Below are positions 29,854 to 39,705 of a DNA stretch of 64,000 nt, piece by piece. The notes below the pieces were generated by a model. The model made no database searches. It was not told the DNA's origin and worked only from the letters and a program-made list of their open reading frames with translations. Location: NCBI GenBank assembly GCA_022711765.1, contig JAKLEB010000002.1, positions 422,368 to 486,367 on the forward strand, in the 5' to 3' direction. This stretch comes from Candidatus Krumholzibacteriota bacterium (lineage in GTDB: Bacteria; Krumholzibacteriota; Krumholzibacteriia; LZORAL124-64-63). How positions within the stretch are numbered: the stretch's first letter is position 1; each line of letters starts with the position of its first letter. Position numbers and translations under genes: made by a program.

Positions 29854-30399
29854 ATGGTCGGGATGAGAATCCGGGCCGCGATCGCGGTGGTCGCCTGGCT
29901 CATCGCCCACGCCGCGACGACGGCGGCCGAGTCTCCGCCGGAATCCCCGGCCGAGAACGGCTTCACCTGCCTCGGGCCCGACAGCGTGACGGTCCAGACC
30001 ATGCTCGAGCCGCTGCCGGCCGACAGCACCGCCCTCGAAACCTACCTCTGGGACCATTTCATCGGCAGCGACCTCTGCGGCCGGTTCGACTGCCTCGTCC
30101 ACCGCTGGCGCGAGCTGTGGCCGGCGTACGCGGAGACGCTGGTGGTCCGGGCGGAAGCGGCCGGACTCGACGGAGCGTCGTTGCGGACCTGTCTGGCCGC
30201 GGTCCGTGACGATGTCGGGCGCAACGCCTACCTGCCGATCGGCGCGAGCCGGGCGGTGCTCCGCGGCGAGCCGGTGTGGGTGATCCTCGTGAAGTGGGAA
30301 TGGGCGGACGCATCGTTGCGCGAGGTCCTGGGCCACACTCGGGCCTACGTGCTGGACGCGAAGGACGGCCGCCGGATCTTCCTCGCGTCCTGCAGCTAG
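29854..30399 (+). CDS. Hypothetical exported protein
   Basis: GGAGG RBS region, signal peptide, host-like codon usage. Confidence 0.6.
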   Translation: MVGMRIRAAIAVVAWLIAHAATTAAESPPESPAENGFTCLGPDSVTVQTMLEPLPADSTALETYLWDHFIGSDLCGRFDCLVHRWRELWPAYAETLVVRAEAAGLDGASLRTCLAAVRDDVGRNAYLPIGASRAVLRGEPVWVILVKWEWADASLREVLGHTRAYVLDAKDGRRIFLASCS

Positions 30400-30547
30400 G
30401 CGCCTGGCTGGCGGATCGAACGGCTCCTCCGTGCCTCCCGCCGGGAGACTCATTCGCCGACCCCCTCCCACCCGGGTGCCAACCTCCACCCTTCCCGCAG
30501 TGTCGGCCTGCGGCGAGATCCTTGGGATTGCCCTCCTCGATCCGCCC

Positions 30548-30575
30548 TTGAAAATTCCGCGAAGTCGACTATACT
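30548..30575 (+). promoter_or_regulatory. Sigma70-type promoter of rpoZ-coaBC-udg
   Basis: TTGAAA-16 bp-TATACT, 80 nt before ATG 30655. Confidence 0.65.
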
Positions 30576-30654
30576 TCATCGGTTGCCCGCCAGGGTCGGG
30601 GTCGCCGTACGCTCCGGCCGTCGCGTCACATCCCCTGGAAAAGGTTCTGCGCCA

Positions 30655-30897
30655 ATGACCTACATTCCGCGTCAGAAGGTGACCGACCTCATCCCCAACA
30701 AGTTCGAGGCCATCCGGGTGGCCGCCCTCGAGGCGCGCCGGCTGAACGCCCGCGCGCGGACCCTCGACGTGAGCCTGCCCGGCAAGATCACGAGCCTCGC
30801 CGTCAAGCGCCTGCTCACCGGCAAGGTGAGCTGGTTCGACAAGCGCGAGCGCGAAGCCCAGCTCAAGCAGGAGGCCGCGCAGGAACAGGGAGAGTGA
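30655..30897 (+). CDS. rpoZ: RNA polymerase omega subunit
   Basis: IPNKFEAIRVAALEARRLN..KITSLAVKRL; 80 aa, immediately upstream of coaBC. Confidence 0.8.
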   Translation: MTYIPRQKVTDLIPNKFEAIRVAALEARRLNARARTLDVSLPGKITSLAVKRLLTGKVSWFDKREREAQLKQEAAQEQGE

Positions 30898-30901
30898 TCC
30901 C

Positions 30902-32140
30902 ATGGCCGGCGGCCGCGTACTGCTCCTGGTCTCCGGTGGGATCGCTGCCTACAAGGCCTGCTACCTGACCCGCCTGCTCCGGCAGGCGGGTCTTGACGTC
31001 AAGGTGGCGATGACGGACGCCGCGCAGCGCTTCGTCACGCCGATGACGTTCCAGGTCCTCAGCGAGAATCCCGTGGCCAGCGACCTCTGGGGCGAAGGCC
31101 AGAGCCGCGCCCTCGATCACATCGAGTACGCCCGCTGGGCCGACGTGGCGGTGATCGCGCCCGCGACCGCGAACGTCCTGGCGAAGCTCGCGCACGGCAT
31201 CGCGGACGACATCGTCTCGACCCTCCTGCTCGCGCATCCGGGGCCCCTGATCGCCGCGCCGGCCATGAACGACAACATGTGGGCCCACCCGGCGACCCAG
31301 GCCAACCTCGCCGTCCTGCGGGCGCGCGGCGTGCACCTCATCGAGCCGGGCGAGGGCTGGCTCGCCTGCGGCATCGAGAGCAAGGGGCGGCTTGCCGAGC
31401 CGGAGACGATCCTCGCCGAGGTCCGGCGCGTGCTCGACGAGCGCCGTGCCGACCGGCCGGCGCGCCGTTTCTGGGCGGGCAAGAAGGTGGCCGTGACCGC
31501 GGGACCGACCTGCGAGGCGGTCGACGCCGTCCGCTTCCTCAGCAACCGGTCGACGGGGACGATGGGCGCGGCGATCGCTCGCCGGCTCGCCGCGCTCGGC
31601 GCGGAGGTCACGCTCATCGCGGGGCCGGGCGCCGCGCCCAGGCCGGCCGGGCTCGTGGACTACCTGCCGGTCGTGTCGGCGGCGGAGATGGCGCGCGCGG
31701 TGGCGGCGGTCCTCGACCGCGGCTGCGACTGGCTCTTCATGGCGGCCGCCGTCGCCGACTACGCGCCGCGCGAGGTCGCGCCGGGCAAGATCAAGAAGGA
31801 AGACCAGGGCGACACCTGGACCCTCGAGCTCGTGCGCACGCCGGACATCCTGCGCGAGGTCGTCGCGCCGCGTCGCGCCGGGCTCACGGTCGTGGGGTTC
31901 GCGCTGGAAACGGACCGGCTGCTCGAGCGCGCCGCTGCCAAGCTCGCCCGCAAGGGCATGGACTGGGTCGTCGCGAACGACCCCACCGCCGCCGGCTCCG
32001 GTTTCGGCGACGCGCCGCACTCGGTGCACCTCCTGGGCCCCGGCGGCGAGGTCTGGGCGAACGAGCGGCCACTCGGCAAGGACGACCTCGCCGGCGAGCT
32101 GCTCGATCGGCTCGCGGCCGCCGCGGAGGGCGCCGCGTGA
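30902..32140 (+). CDS. coaBC: Phosphopantothenoylcysteine decarboxylase/ligase
   Basis: VSGGIAAYK, HIEYARWAD, APATANVLAK, APAMNDNM, TAGPTCEAVDAVRFLSNRSTG, AAVADY, VGFALET. Confidence 0.96.
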   Translation: MAGGRVLLLVSGGIAAYKACYLTRLLRQAGLDVKVAMTDAAQRFVTPMTFQVLSENPVASDLWGEGQSRALDHIEYARWADVAVIAPATANVLAKLAHGIADDIVSTLLLAHPGPLIAAPAMNDNMWAHPATQANLAVLRARGVHLIEPGEGWLACGIESKGRLAEPETILAEVRRVLDERRADRPARRFWAGKKVAVTAGPTCEAVDAVRFLSNRSTGTMGAAIARRLAALGAEVTLIAGPGAAPRPAGLVDYLPVVSAAEMARAVAAVLDRGCDWLFMAAAVADYAPREVAPGKIKKEDQGDTWTLELVRTPDILREVVAPRRAGLTVVGFALETDRLLERAAAKLARKGMDWVVANDPTAAGSGFGDAPHSVHLLGPGGEVWANERPLGKDDLAGELLDRLAAAAEGAA

Positions 32141-33084
32141 CGGCCGGGCTCCAGGCGTTGCTGGACGACCTCGCCCGCTACCTCGTCCAGCAGCAGGCAG
32201 CCGGCTCGACGTTCATCTGGCGCGAGCCCGAGTCGAGTTCGGCGGCCGCGCCGGCTCCGGCGGCCGCGCCGACTCCGGCTCCGGCGCCATCGCCGGCTGC
32301 ACCGCCGCCACGGCAGACGCCCGGGACGAAGCAGGAACGCGAGTTGCTGTTCCAGCGCGAGTGCGCCGGCTTCGTGCGGGACAGCCTCGCGCTGATCGCC
32401 CGGACGCGCGCGCATGCCGCCGAGCCGACGGGATCGGCCCAGTCGGAGATGTTCGGCTCCGCGCCGGCGGTCGCGCTCCCGCCGCCGCCGCCGGTGTACG
32501 AGACCGTGGCCGAGAAGACCGCCGCCCTCGAGGCGATCGCGGCCGAGGCGCGCGCCTGCACCCGCTGTCCACTGCACGCGGGCCGCACCAACGCGGTGCC
32601 GGGCGCCGGCAATCCGGGCGCCGGCCTGGTGCTGATCGGCGAGGCTCCCGGCCAGGAGGAAGACCGTCAGGGTCTGCCGTTCGTCGGACGCAGCGGCCAG
32701 CTCCTGACCGACATCCTGCGGGCCATCGGCTTCACGCGGGACGAGGTCTTCATCTGCAACATCCTGAAGTGCCGCCCGCCCGGCAACCGCGATCCCGAGC
32801 GCCAGGAGGTCACGGCCTGCGAGCCGTACCTGCGCCGGCAGCTCGCGGTGATCCGGCCGCGGCTCGTCCTCTGCCTCGGGCGGGTCGCCGCCCACACCCT
32901 GCTCGGCACCTCGGCGCCGCTCGGCGCCCTGCGCCGGACGATCCATTTCTATGCCGGCGTGCCGGTCATGGCGACGTTCCACCCGGCCTCGCTGCTGCGC
33001 AATCCGGGCCAGAAGCGGGATACCTGGGACGACGTCCGCAAGGTCCGCGCGCTCTACGACGCGCTGGCCGCGATCGATGCGTGA
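32137..33084 (+). CDS. Uracil-DNA glycosylase family 4 (Fe-S) with Pro/Ala-rich N-terminal extension
   Basis: CTRCPLH, IGEAPGQEED, PFVGRSGQLL, NILKCRPPGNRDP, TFHPASLLR; GTGA overlap with coaBC. Confidence 0.92.
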   Translation: MTAGLQALLDDLARYLVQQQAAGSTFIWREPESSSAAAPAPAAAPTPAPAPSPAAPPPRQTPGTKQERELLFQRECAGFVRDSLALIARTRAHAAEPTGSAQSEMFGSAPAVALPPPPPVYETVAEKTAALEAIAAEARACTRCPLHAGRTNAVPGAGNPGAGLVLIGEAPGQEEDRQGLPFVGRSGQLLTDILRAIGFTRDEVFICNILKCRPPGNRDPERQEVTACEPYLRRQLAVIRPRLVLCLGRVAAHTLLGTSAPLGALRRTIHFYAGVPVMATFHPASLLRNPGQKRDTWDDVRKVRALYDALAAIDA

Positions 33085-33159
33085 CCCTCGCCTGACGATC
33101 GCGGCGCCGCCGACAACCGGCGGTCACGGCCAAGACGGTCCGCCGCGAAACGTTCGCCG

Positions 33160-34050
33160 CTAGAGACGCCGGCGCGCCACGACCATCGGGAACTCGAAGC
33201 GCTCGTCCACGCCGGTGATCGGCGGGAAGAACCGCGCACGGTCGAATCCGGCCGCCGCGAGCAACTCGGCCAGCTCGCGGTCGGTGTACGCCTGGTGGCA
33301 CTGCGCGTACCGGTCGAGTCGGCCGCTCGCAGGGTCGAGGATCCAGTGGACCGTGATCTCGGCGCGCGCCTCCTCGTCCCAGGCGAATTCCTGGAGCCAG
33401 AGGTGCGGTCCGGTCGCGAACACCGAGTCCTCGGCGACCGACCAGCTGGTCGAGTTCTCGCGGGGGAAGAGGTCCCAGGGCTGGTACTCGATCACGAGCA
33501 GGCCGTCCGCCGGCACCGCGGCGGCGACGGCGCTCACCATGGCGCGCGCCACCTCCGGCGGGAAGCTGGAGAACTCGCCGAACCAGAAGGTCACGACGTC
33601 GACGGGGCCGAGGCGGTCGATGAGGTCGCTCGCCAGGCTGGTCAGGTCGGCCTCCAGGATCGCGACCGAGTCCAGCCCGGCGTCAGCGGCCAGGCGCCGG
33701 GCGTGGGCCACCGCGGCGGGGGAGAAGTCGATGCCGGTCACGCGCAGGCCGGCCTGGGCGAGGGGCACCGCGTAGAGTCCGGGCCCGCAGCCGAGGTCGA
33801 GCACGTGGCGAGGGCGGCCGACCGGCGGCGGCTCGGCGCTGAGCAGCTCGCGGAGCCAGGTCACGTGCTCGGCGATGACGTCCGGGGTGCGGCTCGCCAT
33901 GTGCGTCGAGGGATCGAGGTGCACGGACAGGACGCGGCGGCTGAACTCGGGGTCGTTCCAGGGGATCTGCCGTCCGTCGCGCCAGGGCCGCGGGGGCCGG
34001 GGGCGGTCGGCGATCCGGCGCAGGGCGTCGCGGATCCACGCATCGGTCAT
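33160..34050 (-). CDS. Class I SAM-dependent methyltransferase
   Basis: VLDLGCGPGLYA, VTGIDFS, LEADLT. Confidence 0.85.
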   Translation of the reverse strand: MTDAWIRDALRRIADRPRPPRPWRDGRQIPWNDPEFSRRVLSVHLDPSTHMASRTPDVIAEHVTWLRELLSAEPPPVGRPRHVLDLGCGPGLYAVPLAQAGLRVTGIDFSPAAVAHARRLAADAGLDSVAILEADLTSLASDLIDRLGPVDVVTFWFGEFSSFPPEVARAMVSAVAAAVPADGLLVIEYQPWDLFPRENSTSWSVAEDSVFATGPHLWLQEFAWDEEARAEITVHWILDPASGRLDRYAQCHQAYTDRELAELLAAAGFDRARFFPPITGVDERFEFPMVVARRRL

Positions 34051-34080
34051 GGCGGGTCTTCCGGTTGCTGGTGTTCCCAG

Positions 34081-34220
34081 TTATCCACGGCGGGCGACCC
34101 CGCGCTCCGCCCGATCCAGCGCGGGCTTGCGGACGAGCGGCGCCGGCCGCCGCCGAGTTTTCCACCGCCGGCGCGAGTTGTCCACCGGGTTGTTCTCAGG
34201 ATGTCCCCGGTCTATCCACG
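34081..34220 (+). promoter_or_regulatory. Cluster of DnaA-box-like 9-mers upstream of dnaB
   Basis: TTATCCACG 34081, TTTTCCACC 34158, TTGTCCACC 34178, TTGTTCTCA 34190, ATGTCCCCG 34201, CTATCCACG 34212, all in the same orientation. Confidence 0.5.
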
Positions 34221-34331
34221 GGAATCGGCGTCGCGACGCGACATCGCGCCTGCTCGCGCATGCCGGATGTGCTACAGTGTCCGATCTTCCCACCCACGAC
34301 CGCGGCTCGAGTCCTCGCGAGGTGCGATTCC

Positions 34332-35711
34332 TTGGAAGCCAGCCTGCAACCGCAATCCGCTCCGGCCGGGCGGCGGCCGCCGTGCAACCTGGACGCCGAG
34401 CGCGCCATCCTCGGCGCCGCGCTGCTCGATCGCGAAGCGATCGGCCTGGCCCGCGAGGTGCTGCAGGGCGACGAGTTCTACCTCAAGGAACACCGCTTGC
34501 TCTTCCAGGCCATGCTCGAGCTCTACGAGGGCGATCAGGCCATCGACCCGATCACGGTCGGCGACCGGCTGCGCAAATCGGGCACGCTCGAGGCGGCGGG
34601 CGGCCTGGACTACGTGACCGATCTGCAGGCCATGGTCGCCACGGCGGCCCACGTGACCTATCACGCGGGCATCGTGCGCGAGAAGGCGGTGCTGCGCGAG
34701 CTGATCTCCGCCGCCGGCGAGACCGTCACCGACGCGATGGCCGGCGAGGGCGAGGCGGCCGAGATCCTCGACCGCGCTCAGGGCCGCTTCTTCGCGATCG
34801 GCGAGGAGGCGCGCCGGGGCGGATTCGTCGGCCTGGACGCCGTCGTGCCGAAGACCTTCCAGTCGATCGAGGCCGCGTTCCGCAACCAGAGCGACGTGAC
34901 CGGGCTGCGCACGGGCTTCGCGCAGATGGACTACATGACGAGCGGCCTGCAGAAGGGCGACCTGCTCGTGCTCGCCGCGCGGCCCTCGATGGGCAAGACC
35001 AGCCTCGCGCTCAACGTGGCCTACAACATCGCGGCCAAGTCCGACGTCGGCGTGGCGCTCTTCTCGCTGGAGATGAGCAAGGAGCAACTCGTGCTGCGCC
35101 TGCTCTGCTCGGCCACCGGCTTCAACCTGCACCACGTGCGCCGCGGCAAGCTGCGGCCCGAAGACTGGCCGCGCCTGACCCGCGCGTGCGATCAGCTCTC
35201 GCGCACGCCGATCTACATCGACGACTCGCCGGGGATCACGGTCCTCGAGATGAAGTCGAAGGCGCGCCGTCTGCAGCAGCAGCACGGGATCGGGCTCGTG
35301 ATCATCGACTACCTGCAGATGATGACCGGCTCGGCGCGGGCGGAGAACCGGCAGCAGGAGATCAGCCAGATCAGCCGCTCGCTCAAGGGCATGGCCAAGG
35401 ACCTCGACGTGCCGGTCCTCGCCCTGAGCCAGCTCTCGCGCGCCGTCGAGGCGCGCAGCGACCACAAGCCCATGCTCAGCGACCTGCGCGAGTCGGGGTC
35501 GATCGAGCAGGACGCCGACGTCGTGATGTTCATCTTCCGCGAGGAGTACTACAACCCCGACGACCCGTCGGTCCAGAACCTGGCGACGATCATCGTCGGC
35601 AAGCAGAGAAACGGTCCCACAGGCGAGTTCGACCTTCATTTCCACAAGGAGTTCACCCGGTTCAGCGATCTTGCGCCCGCGGCGCAGGAGGCGCCGCCGC
35701 CGGGGATCTGA
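34332..35711 (+). CDS. dnaB: Replicative DNA helicase
   Basis: PPCNLDAERAILG, GDLLVLAARPSMGKT, IIDYLQMM, LSQLSRAVE, DLRESGSIEQDAD, KQRNGPTG; TTG start after GAGGT. Confidence 0.97.
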   Translation: MEASLQPQSAPAGRRPPCNLDAERAILGAALLDREAIGLAREVLQGDEFYLKEHRLLFQAMLELYEGDQAIDPITVGDRLRKSGTLEAAGGLDYVTDLQAMVATAAHVTYHAGIVREKAVLRELISAAGETVTDAMAGEGEAAEILDRAQGRFFAIGEEARRGGFVGLDAVVPKTFQSIEAAFRNQSDVTGLRTGFAQMDYMTSGLQKGDLLVLAARPSMGKTSLALNVAYNIAAKSDVGVALFSLEMSKEQLVLRLLCSATGFNLHHVRRGKLRPEDWPRLTRACDQLSRTPIYIDDSPGITVLEMKSKARRLQQQHGIGLVIIDYLQMMTGSARAENRQQEISQISRSLKGMAKDLDVPVLALSQLSRAVEARSDHKPMLSDLRESGSIEQDADVVMFIFREEYYNPDDPSVQNLATIIVGKQRNGPTGEFDLHFHKEFTRFSDLAPAAQEAPPPGI

Positions 35712-35740
35712 GGGCGAACGCGAGAGGGTGGGATCCGTGG

Positions 35741-35767
35741 CGGGGCGCGGCTTGAGGCCGCGCCCCG
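35741..35767. terminator. Hairpin between convergent dnaB and downstream gene
   Basis: CGGGGCGCGGC-TTGAG-GCCGCGCCCCG, perfect 11 bp. Confidence 0.65.
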
Positions 35768-35798
35768 TTGGTCCATGGCCGGTCGCCCGGGCGGCGCG

Positions 35799-37709
35799 CT
35801 ACTTCAGCAGCGTGCACTTCCGGCTCAGCTCGACCGCGCCCGCGCGCAGGCGGTAGACGTACGTCCCCGACGGCAGGTCCCGCGGCTGCCATGCGACGCG
35901 GTGCGGGCCGGCCGGCAAGTCGCCGTCCACCAGCCGCGCGACCTCGCGTCCGGCGAGGTCGTAGACCGTGAGCGACACCCGCGCCGCCTGCTCGAGGCCG
36001 AACGCGATGTCGGTCGCCGGGTTGAACGGATTGGGGCTGTTCTGCGCGAGCGCGACGGCCGCGGGCGCGTCGGGCGCTCCGGTGGTCGCGATCGTCTCGG
36101 CGATGAGGACGGCGCGCGAGACGAGGCCGTCGCCCACGCAGTGGTAGGTTCCCCAGTCGTCGGCGCCCACGGTCGCGAAGAGGAGGCTCGCCGCGGTCGC
36201 GCCGGGGATCGGCTGGCCGTCCCGGTACCACTGGTAGCTCGCCGCGTCGAGGCCGGATTCCAGGACGAACTCCGCGACAGCCAGGCCCGTGGCGCCCGTG
36301 CCCACGGCCTGGTCCGCCGTGCCCGCGAGCACGACCCGCAGGTTCTTGAAGGTGCCGGTGTTCGCGAGGTCGCCCAGGGCCGTGATCCGGACCGGATGCG
36401 CGCCGTCCTGGATGGTGCCCTCGTTGCGGAGCAGGCCCTCGACGACGACGTCCGCCTCGTCGTAGGTCCAGCTCGTCAACGTGCCGGTCACGGTGAGTCC
36501 GTCGGTGCACAGGACGTCGCCGGCCATGGCGACCTGGTCGGCGATCACCCCGCGGTCGATCGTCACGAACTGGACATAGCCGGTCCCGTCGACGCTGATC
36601 GCGTTGCCGTTCGCGAGGATCGTTCCCGACCCGATCGCGCCGTACCCCGTGAACCGCAGCGAGCAGCCCGGCTGCAGGACGAGCGAGCCCACGCCGAGGC
36701 CCAGCCCGCCGGCGAATCGCACCGGCGTGTCGGCGACGAGCGTGGCGGCCTGGAATTCGGGCAGGAAGATCGTGGCGCTGATGACCGCGCTGGGTCCCAT
36801 GCTCAGGTGGTGGACGGCGCCGACGCCGACGAGCTCGAGCTGGGGATTGGTGATCGAACCGTCGTTCTCGATGTTCCCGTGGACGCGGATCGGGAAGCTG
36901 TACTGGACGTTGCGGATCGTGCCGTGATTGATGAGATCGCCCTCGACCGTGACGGAGCCGCCGCCGGTGAACGTCGTGTTCTGCAGGATGTCCTCGACCG
37001 TGACGCGGGTCGTGAACGTCGCCGAGGCGACGTTGACCTCGCCGGCGAGCACCACGTCGTCGATCGTGCAGCCCTGGAGGTAGGACCAGCCGAGGACATG
37101 CATCGTGTTGCCGCCGGCCGCCAGGCTGCCGCTGAACGCGCCGATGTCGAGGCTGAACGGGCAGCCCGGCTCGAGGACCAGGCGGCCGCCGGTCATGTCC
37201 ACGTCGCCGGTCACGGACAGCGGCGTGGTGGCGATCAGATCGCCCGACGAGCCCGGGCCGTACGCGAAGTCGGTGGCGAACCCGTGGGTCGGCTCATGGC
37301 TCACGGACCGCGGCGCGGGGCCCGTGAGCGTCGTCTGGTAATTGGCCCAGACGCCCGCGTTGTGCAGGTCGCCGCCCACTTCGAGGAACAGATTGAACGA
37401 ACCGTCGTCGATCACGCCGTCGTTCGTGACCGCGCCGCTCACCTGGAGCTTGTTGCTGGGGCCGGCGAACGCGCCGGCCAGGGATCCGGACTGGTTGACG
37501 GCGAGGCTCCGGCAGATTGCCGTGCCGGCGATCGTGACGGGCCCGGCGAGCACGACGTCGTCGCCGCTGCCGGGAACGATGCCGCCGATCCACGTCGCGT
37601 TCGCGGACCAGAGGCCGCCCGCGGCGGTCGAGGTGATGGTCGCCGCCGCGGCGACGGTTGCTCCGAACGCGAGGACGAGGGCTAACGGAAGGATACGCGC
37701 GTGCGCCAT
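35799..37709 (-). CDS. Secreted beta-rich protein (G8-like start, Ig-like domain) with FlgD-Ig C-terminal domain
   Basis: Signal peptide, ITSTAAGGLWSANATW, YQWYRDGQPIPGAT, NSPNPFNP..PSGTYVYRL. Confidence 0.75.
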   Translation of the reverse strand: MAHARILPLALVLAFGATVAAAATITSTAAGGLWSANATWIGGIVPGSGDDVVLAGPVTIAGTAICRSLAVNQSGSLAGAFAGPSNKLQVSGAVTNDGVIDDGSFNLFLEVGGDLHNAGVWANYQTTLTGPAPRSVSHEPTHGFATDFAYGPGSSGDLIATTPLSVTGDVDMTGGRLVLEPGCPFSLDIGAFSGSLAAGGNTMHVLGWSYLQGCTIDDVVLAGEVNVASATFTTRVTVEDILQNTTFTGGGSVTVEGDLINHGTIRNVQYSFPIRVHGNIENDGSITNPQLELVGVGAVHHLSMGPSAVISATIFLPEFQAATLVADTPVRFAGGLGLGVGSLVLQPGCSLRFTGYGAIGSGTILANGNAISVDGTGYVQFVTIDRGVIADQVAMAGDVLCTDGLTVTGTLTSWTYDEADVVVEGLLRNEGTIQDGAHPVRITALGDLANTGTFKNLRVVLAGTADQAVGTGATGLAVAEFVLESGLDAASYQWYRDGQPIPGATAASLLFATVGADDWGTYHCVGDGLVSRAVLIAETIATTGAPDAPAAVALAQNSPNPFNPATDIAFGLEQAARVSLTVYDLAGREVARLVDGDLPAGPHRVAWQPRDLPSGTYVYRLRAGAVELSRKCTLLK

Positions 37710-37764
37710 GGTCTTCCCCCTGGTTCTGGTGGTCTGCCTGGGAAGATCCGGCCGGGGCCGCGAT

Positions 37765-37793
37765 ATCGTACCATATTTATCCGATTTAATCAA
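37765..37793 (-). promoter_or_regulatory. Sigma70-type promoter for 35799..37709
   Basis: Minus strand TTGATT-17 bp-TACGAT. Confidence 0.6.
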
Positions 37794-37971
37794 TCGGCCC
37801 GGCGGGGTCCGGCGGCGGACGCCGGCCGGCGGGCGCCAGTGGCGAGATCGGCAGCTCGGCCCTACAGATGGAGGTCGGCGGCGTCGCGAACCGCGCGGTC
37901 CGCCTTGGAGTTGCGGCGCCGGCGGCCTATCTTGGCCCGGCCACCCGGCGCTCGCGCCGTCCCGGAGGACC

Positions 37972-38889
37972 ATGCTCCCGCAGCTCGATCTCATCGACCT
38001 CGATCAGCCCGCGCTCGAGGGATACCGTCGCTTCGTCTCCTGCTGGCTGAGCCGAGGCGAGGGCCCCGCGTTCCTCGTCGATCCGGGTCCGACCTCGACG
38101 GCGCCGCGGTTGATCGAGCGGCTCCGGGCGCTCGGCGTGGCTCGCCTGGACTTCATCCTGCTCACCCACATCCACCTCGACCACGCCGGCGGGACCGCGC
38201 TGCTCGTCGACGCGTTTCCGGACGCGCGGGTCTTCTGTCACCAGAACGGCCGGCAGCACCTCGTCGAGCCGGCCCGGCTCTGGGAGGGGTCGCGCGCGGT
38301 GCTCGGCGAGGTGGCCGACCACTTCGGGGCGCCGCGACCGGTCCCCGACCGGGCGTTCGCCAGCCAGGCCGATCTCACGTCCGCCGGCATCGCGGTGGTC
38401 CCGACCCCCGGCCACGCGCCGCATCACCTGAGCTTCCTTCACGAGGGCACGCTCTTCGCCGGCGAGGCCGCCGGCACCTACCTCGAGCTTGCGCGCGGAC
38501 TCTGGTACTTGCGGCCGGCGACGCCGCCGCGCTTCTTCCTCGAGACGGCGCTGGCGAGCCTCGACCGGATGGTGGCCCTGACCCCGGAGCCGGCTCGACT
38601 CGCCTTCGCCCATCACGGGCTGCACGAGGGCCGGGTCCGCGATCTTTTGCGGCTCGCCGGCGAGCAGCTGGCGCAGTGGGTGCAGGCCGTGCGCCACGCG
38701 CTCGCCGAGGCGCCGCGGGCGGAATTCGCGGCGTTGCGGGAGACGGTCGTGGCGCGGCTCGCCGCGGCCGATCCCCATTTCGCGCTGCGCGCGGAATTGC
38801 CGCCGGACATCCGGGCGCGCGAAGAGGCCTTCACGACTCAGACTCTCCGGGGTATGGTCCAGTACGTTGCCGAGTGCGCGGGCCGCTAG
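37972..38889 (+). CDS. MBL-fold metallo-hydrolase
   Basis: LVDPGP, THIHLDHAGG, TPGHAPHH, FAGEAAG; GGAGG RBS. Confidence 0.9.
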   Translation: MLPQLDLIDLDQPALEGYRRFVSCWLSRGEGPAFLVDPGPTSTAPRLIERLRALGVARLDFILLTHIHLDHAGGTALLVDAFPDARVFCHQNGRQHLVEPARLWEGSRAVLGEVADHFGAPRPVPDRAFASQADLTSAGIAVVPTPGHAPHHLSFLHEGTLFAGEAAGTYLELARGLWYLRPATPPRFFLETALASLDRMVALTPEPARLAFAHHGLHEGRVRDLLRLAGEQLAQWVQAVRHALAEAPRAEFAALRETVVARLAAADPHFALRAELPPDIRAREEAFTTQTLRGMVQYVAECAGR

Positions 38890-38914
38890 GCTCGGGATCG
38901 AGGACGGGGTGAGG

Positions 38915-39700
38915 ATGGACGTGTTCCGCAGGATCGGCGAGGCGACGCTCGGCATGGTCGCGGGCATGGGCCGGGGATTCCTCATGCTCTGCGGCGTCGT
39001 GTGCAACCTGCAGGCCACCTGGAAGCGCCACCGCGAGGTCATCGAGCAGATGCACATCCTGGTGATCGGCTCGCTGCCGCTCGTCGCGACGACCGCGGCG
39101 TTCACGGGCGCGATCACGGCGGTGCAGACCGGCTACCAGATGAAGGCCTACGTGCCGATGATCTTCCTGGGCACCGTCGTGACCAAGAGCGTGATCCTCG
39201 AGATGGGGCCGGTGCTGGCGGCGCTCGTCGTGGGCAGCCGCCTATCGGCCAACTACGCCGCCGAGCTGGGCACGATGAAGGTGACCGAGCAGCTCGACGC
39301 CATGGAGATCATGGCCATCGAGCCGATCCAGTACCTCGGCCTGCCGCGGTTCGTGGCGGCGGTCCTGATGATGCCCGTGATCACCGTGATCGCCGACCTG
39401 ATCGCCATCCTGGGCGGCCTCGTGGTCTCGGTGATCACCCTCGACGTCACCGTGCAGACGTTCGCCGAGGGCATGCGCATGTTCTGGACGGTCGGCGACG
39501 TGATCACCGGCGTCGGCAAGACCTTCTTCTTCGGCGGCATCATCGCCATGAGCGGCATCTACCACGGTTTCAACACGCAGGGCGGCGCCGAGGGCGTCGG
39601 CCGGGCGACGATGCAGGCGGTGGTGGGCACCTGCCTGAGCGTGCTGATCGCCGACTACCTGCTCAACACGGTCTTCATGCAGATCATCTTCAAGGGCTGA
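38915..39700 (+). CDS. mlaE: MlaE-family ABC permease
   Basis: ILEMGPVLAALVVGSR, AAELGTMKVTEQLDAM, GGAEGVGRAT. Confidence 0.92.
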   Translation: MDVFRRIGEATLGMVAGMGRGFLMLCGVVCNLQATWKRHREVIEQMHILVIGSLPLVATTAAFTGAITAVQTGYQMKAYVPMIFLGTVVTKSVILEMGPVLAALVVGSRLSANYAAELGTMKVTEQLDAMEIMAIEPIQYLGLPRFVAAVLMMPVITVIADLIAILGGLVVSVITLDVTVQTFAEGMRMFWTVGDVITGVGKTFFFGGIIAMSGIYHGFNTQGGAEGVGRATMQAVVGTCLSVLIADYLLNTVFMQIIFKG

Positions 39701-39705
39701 GATCG

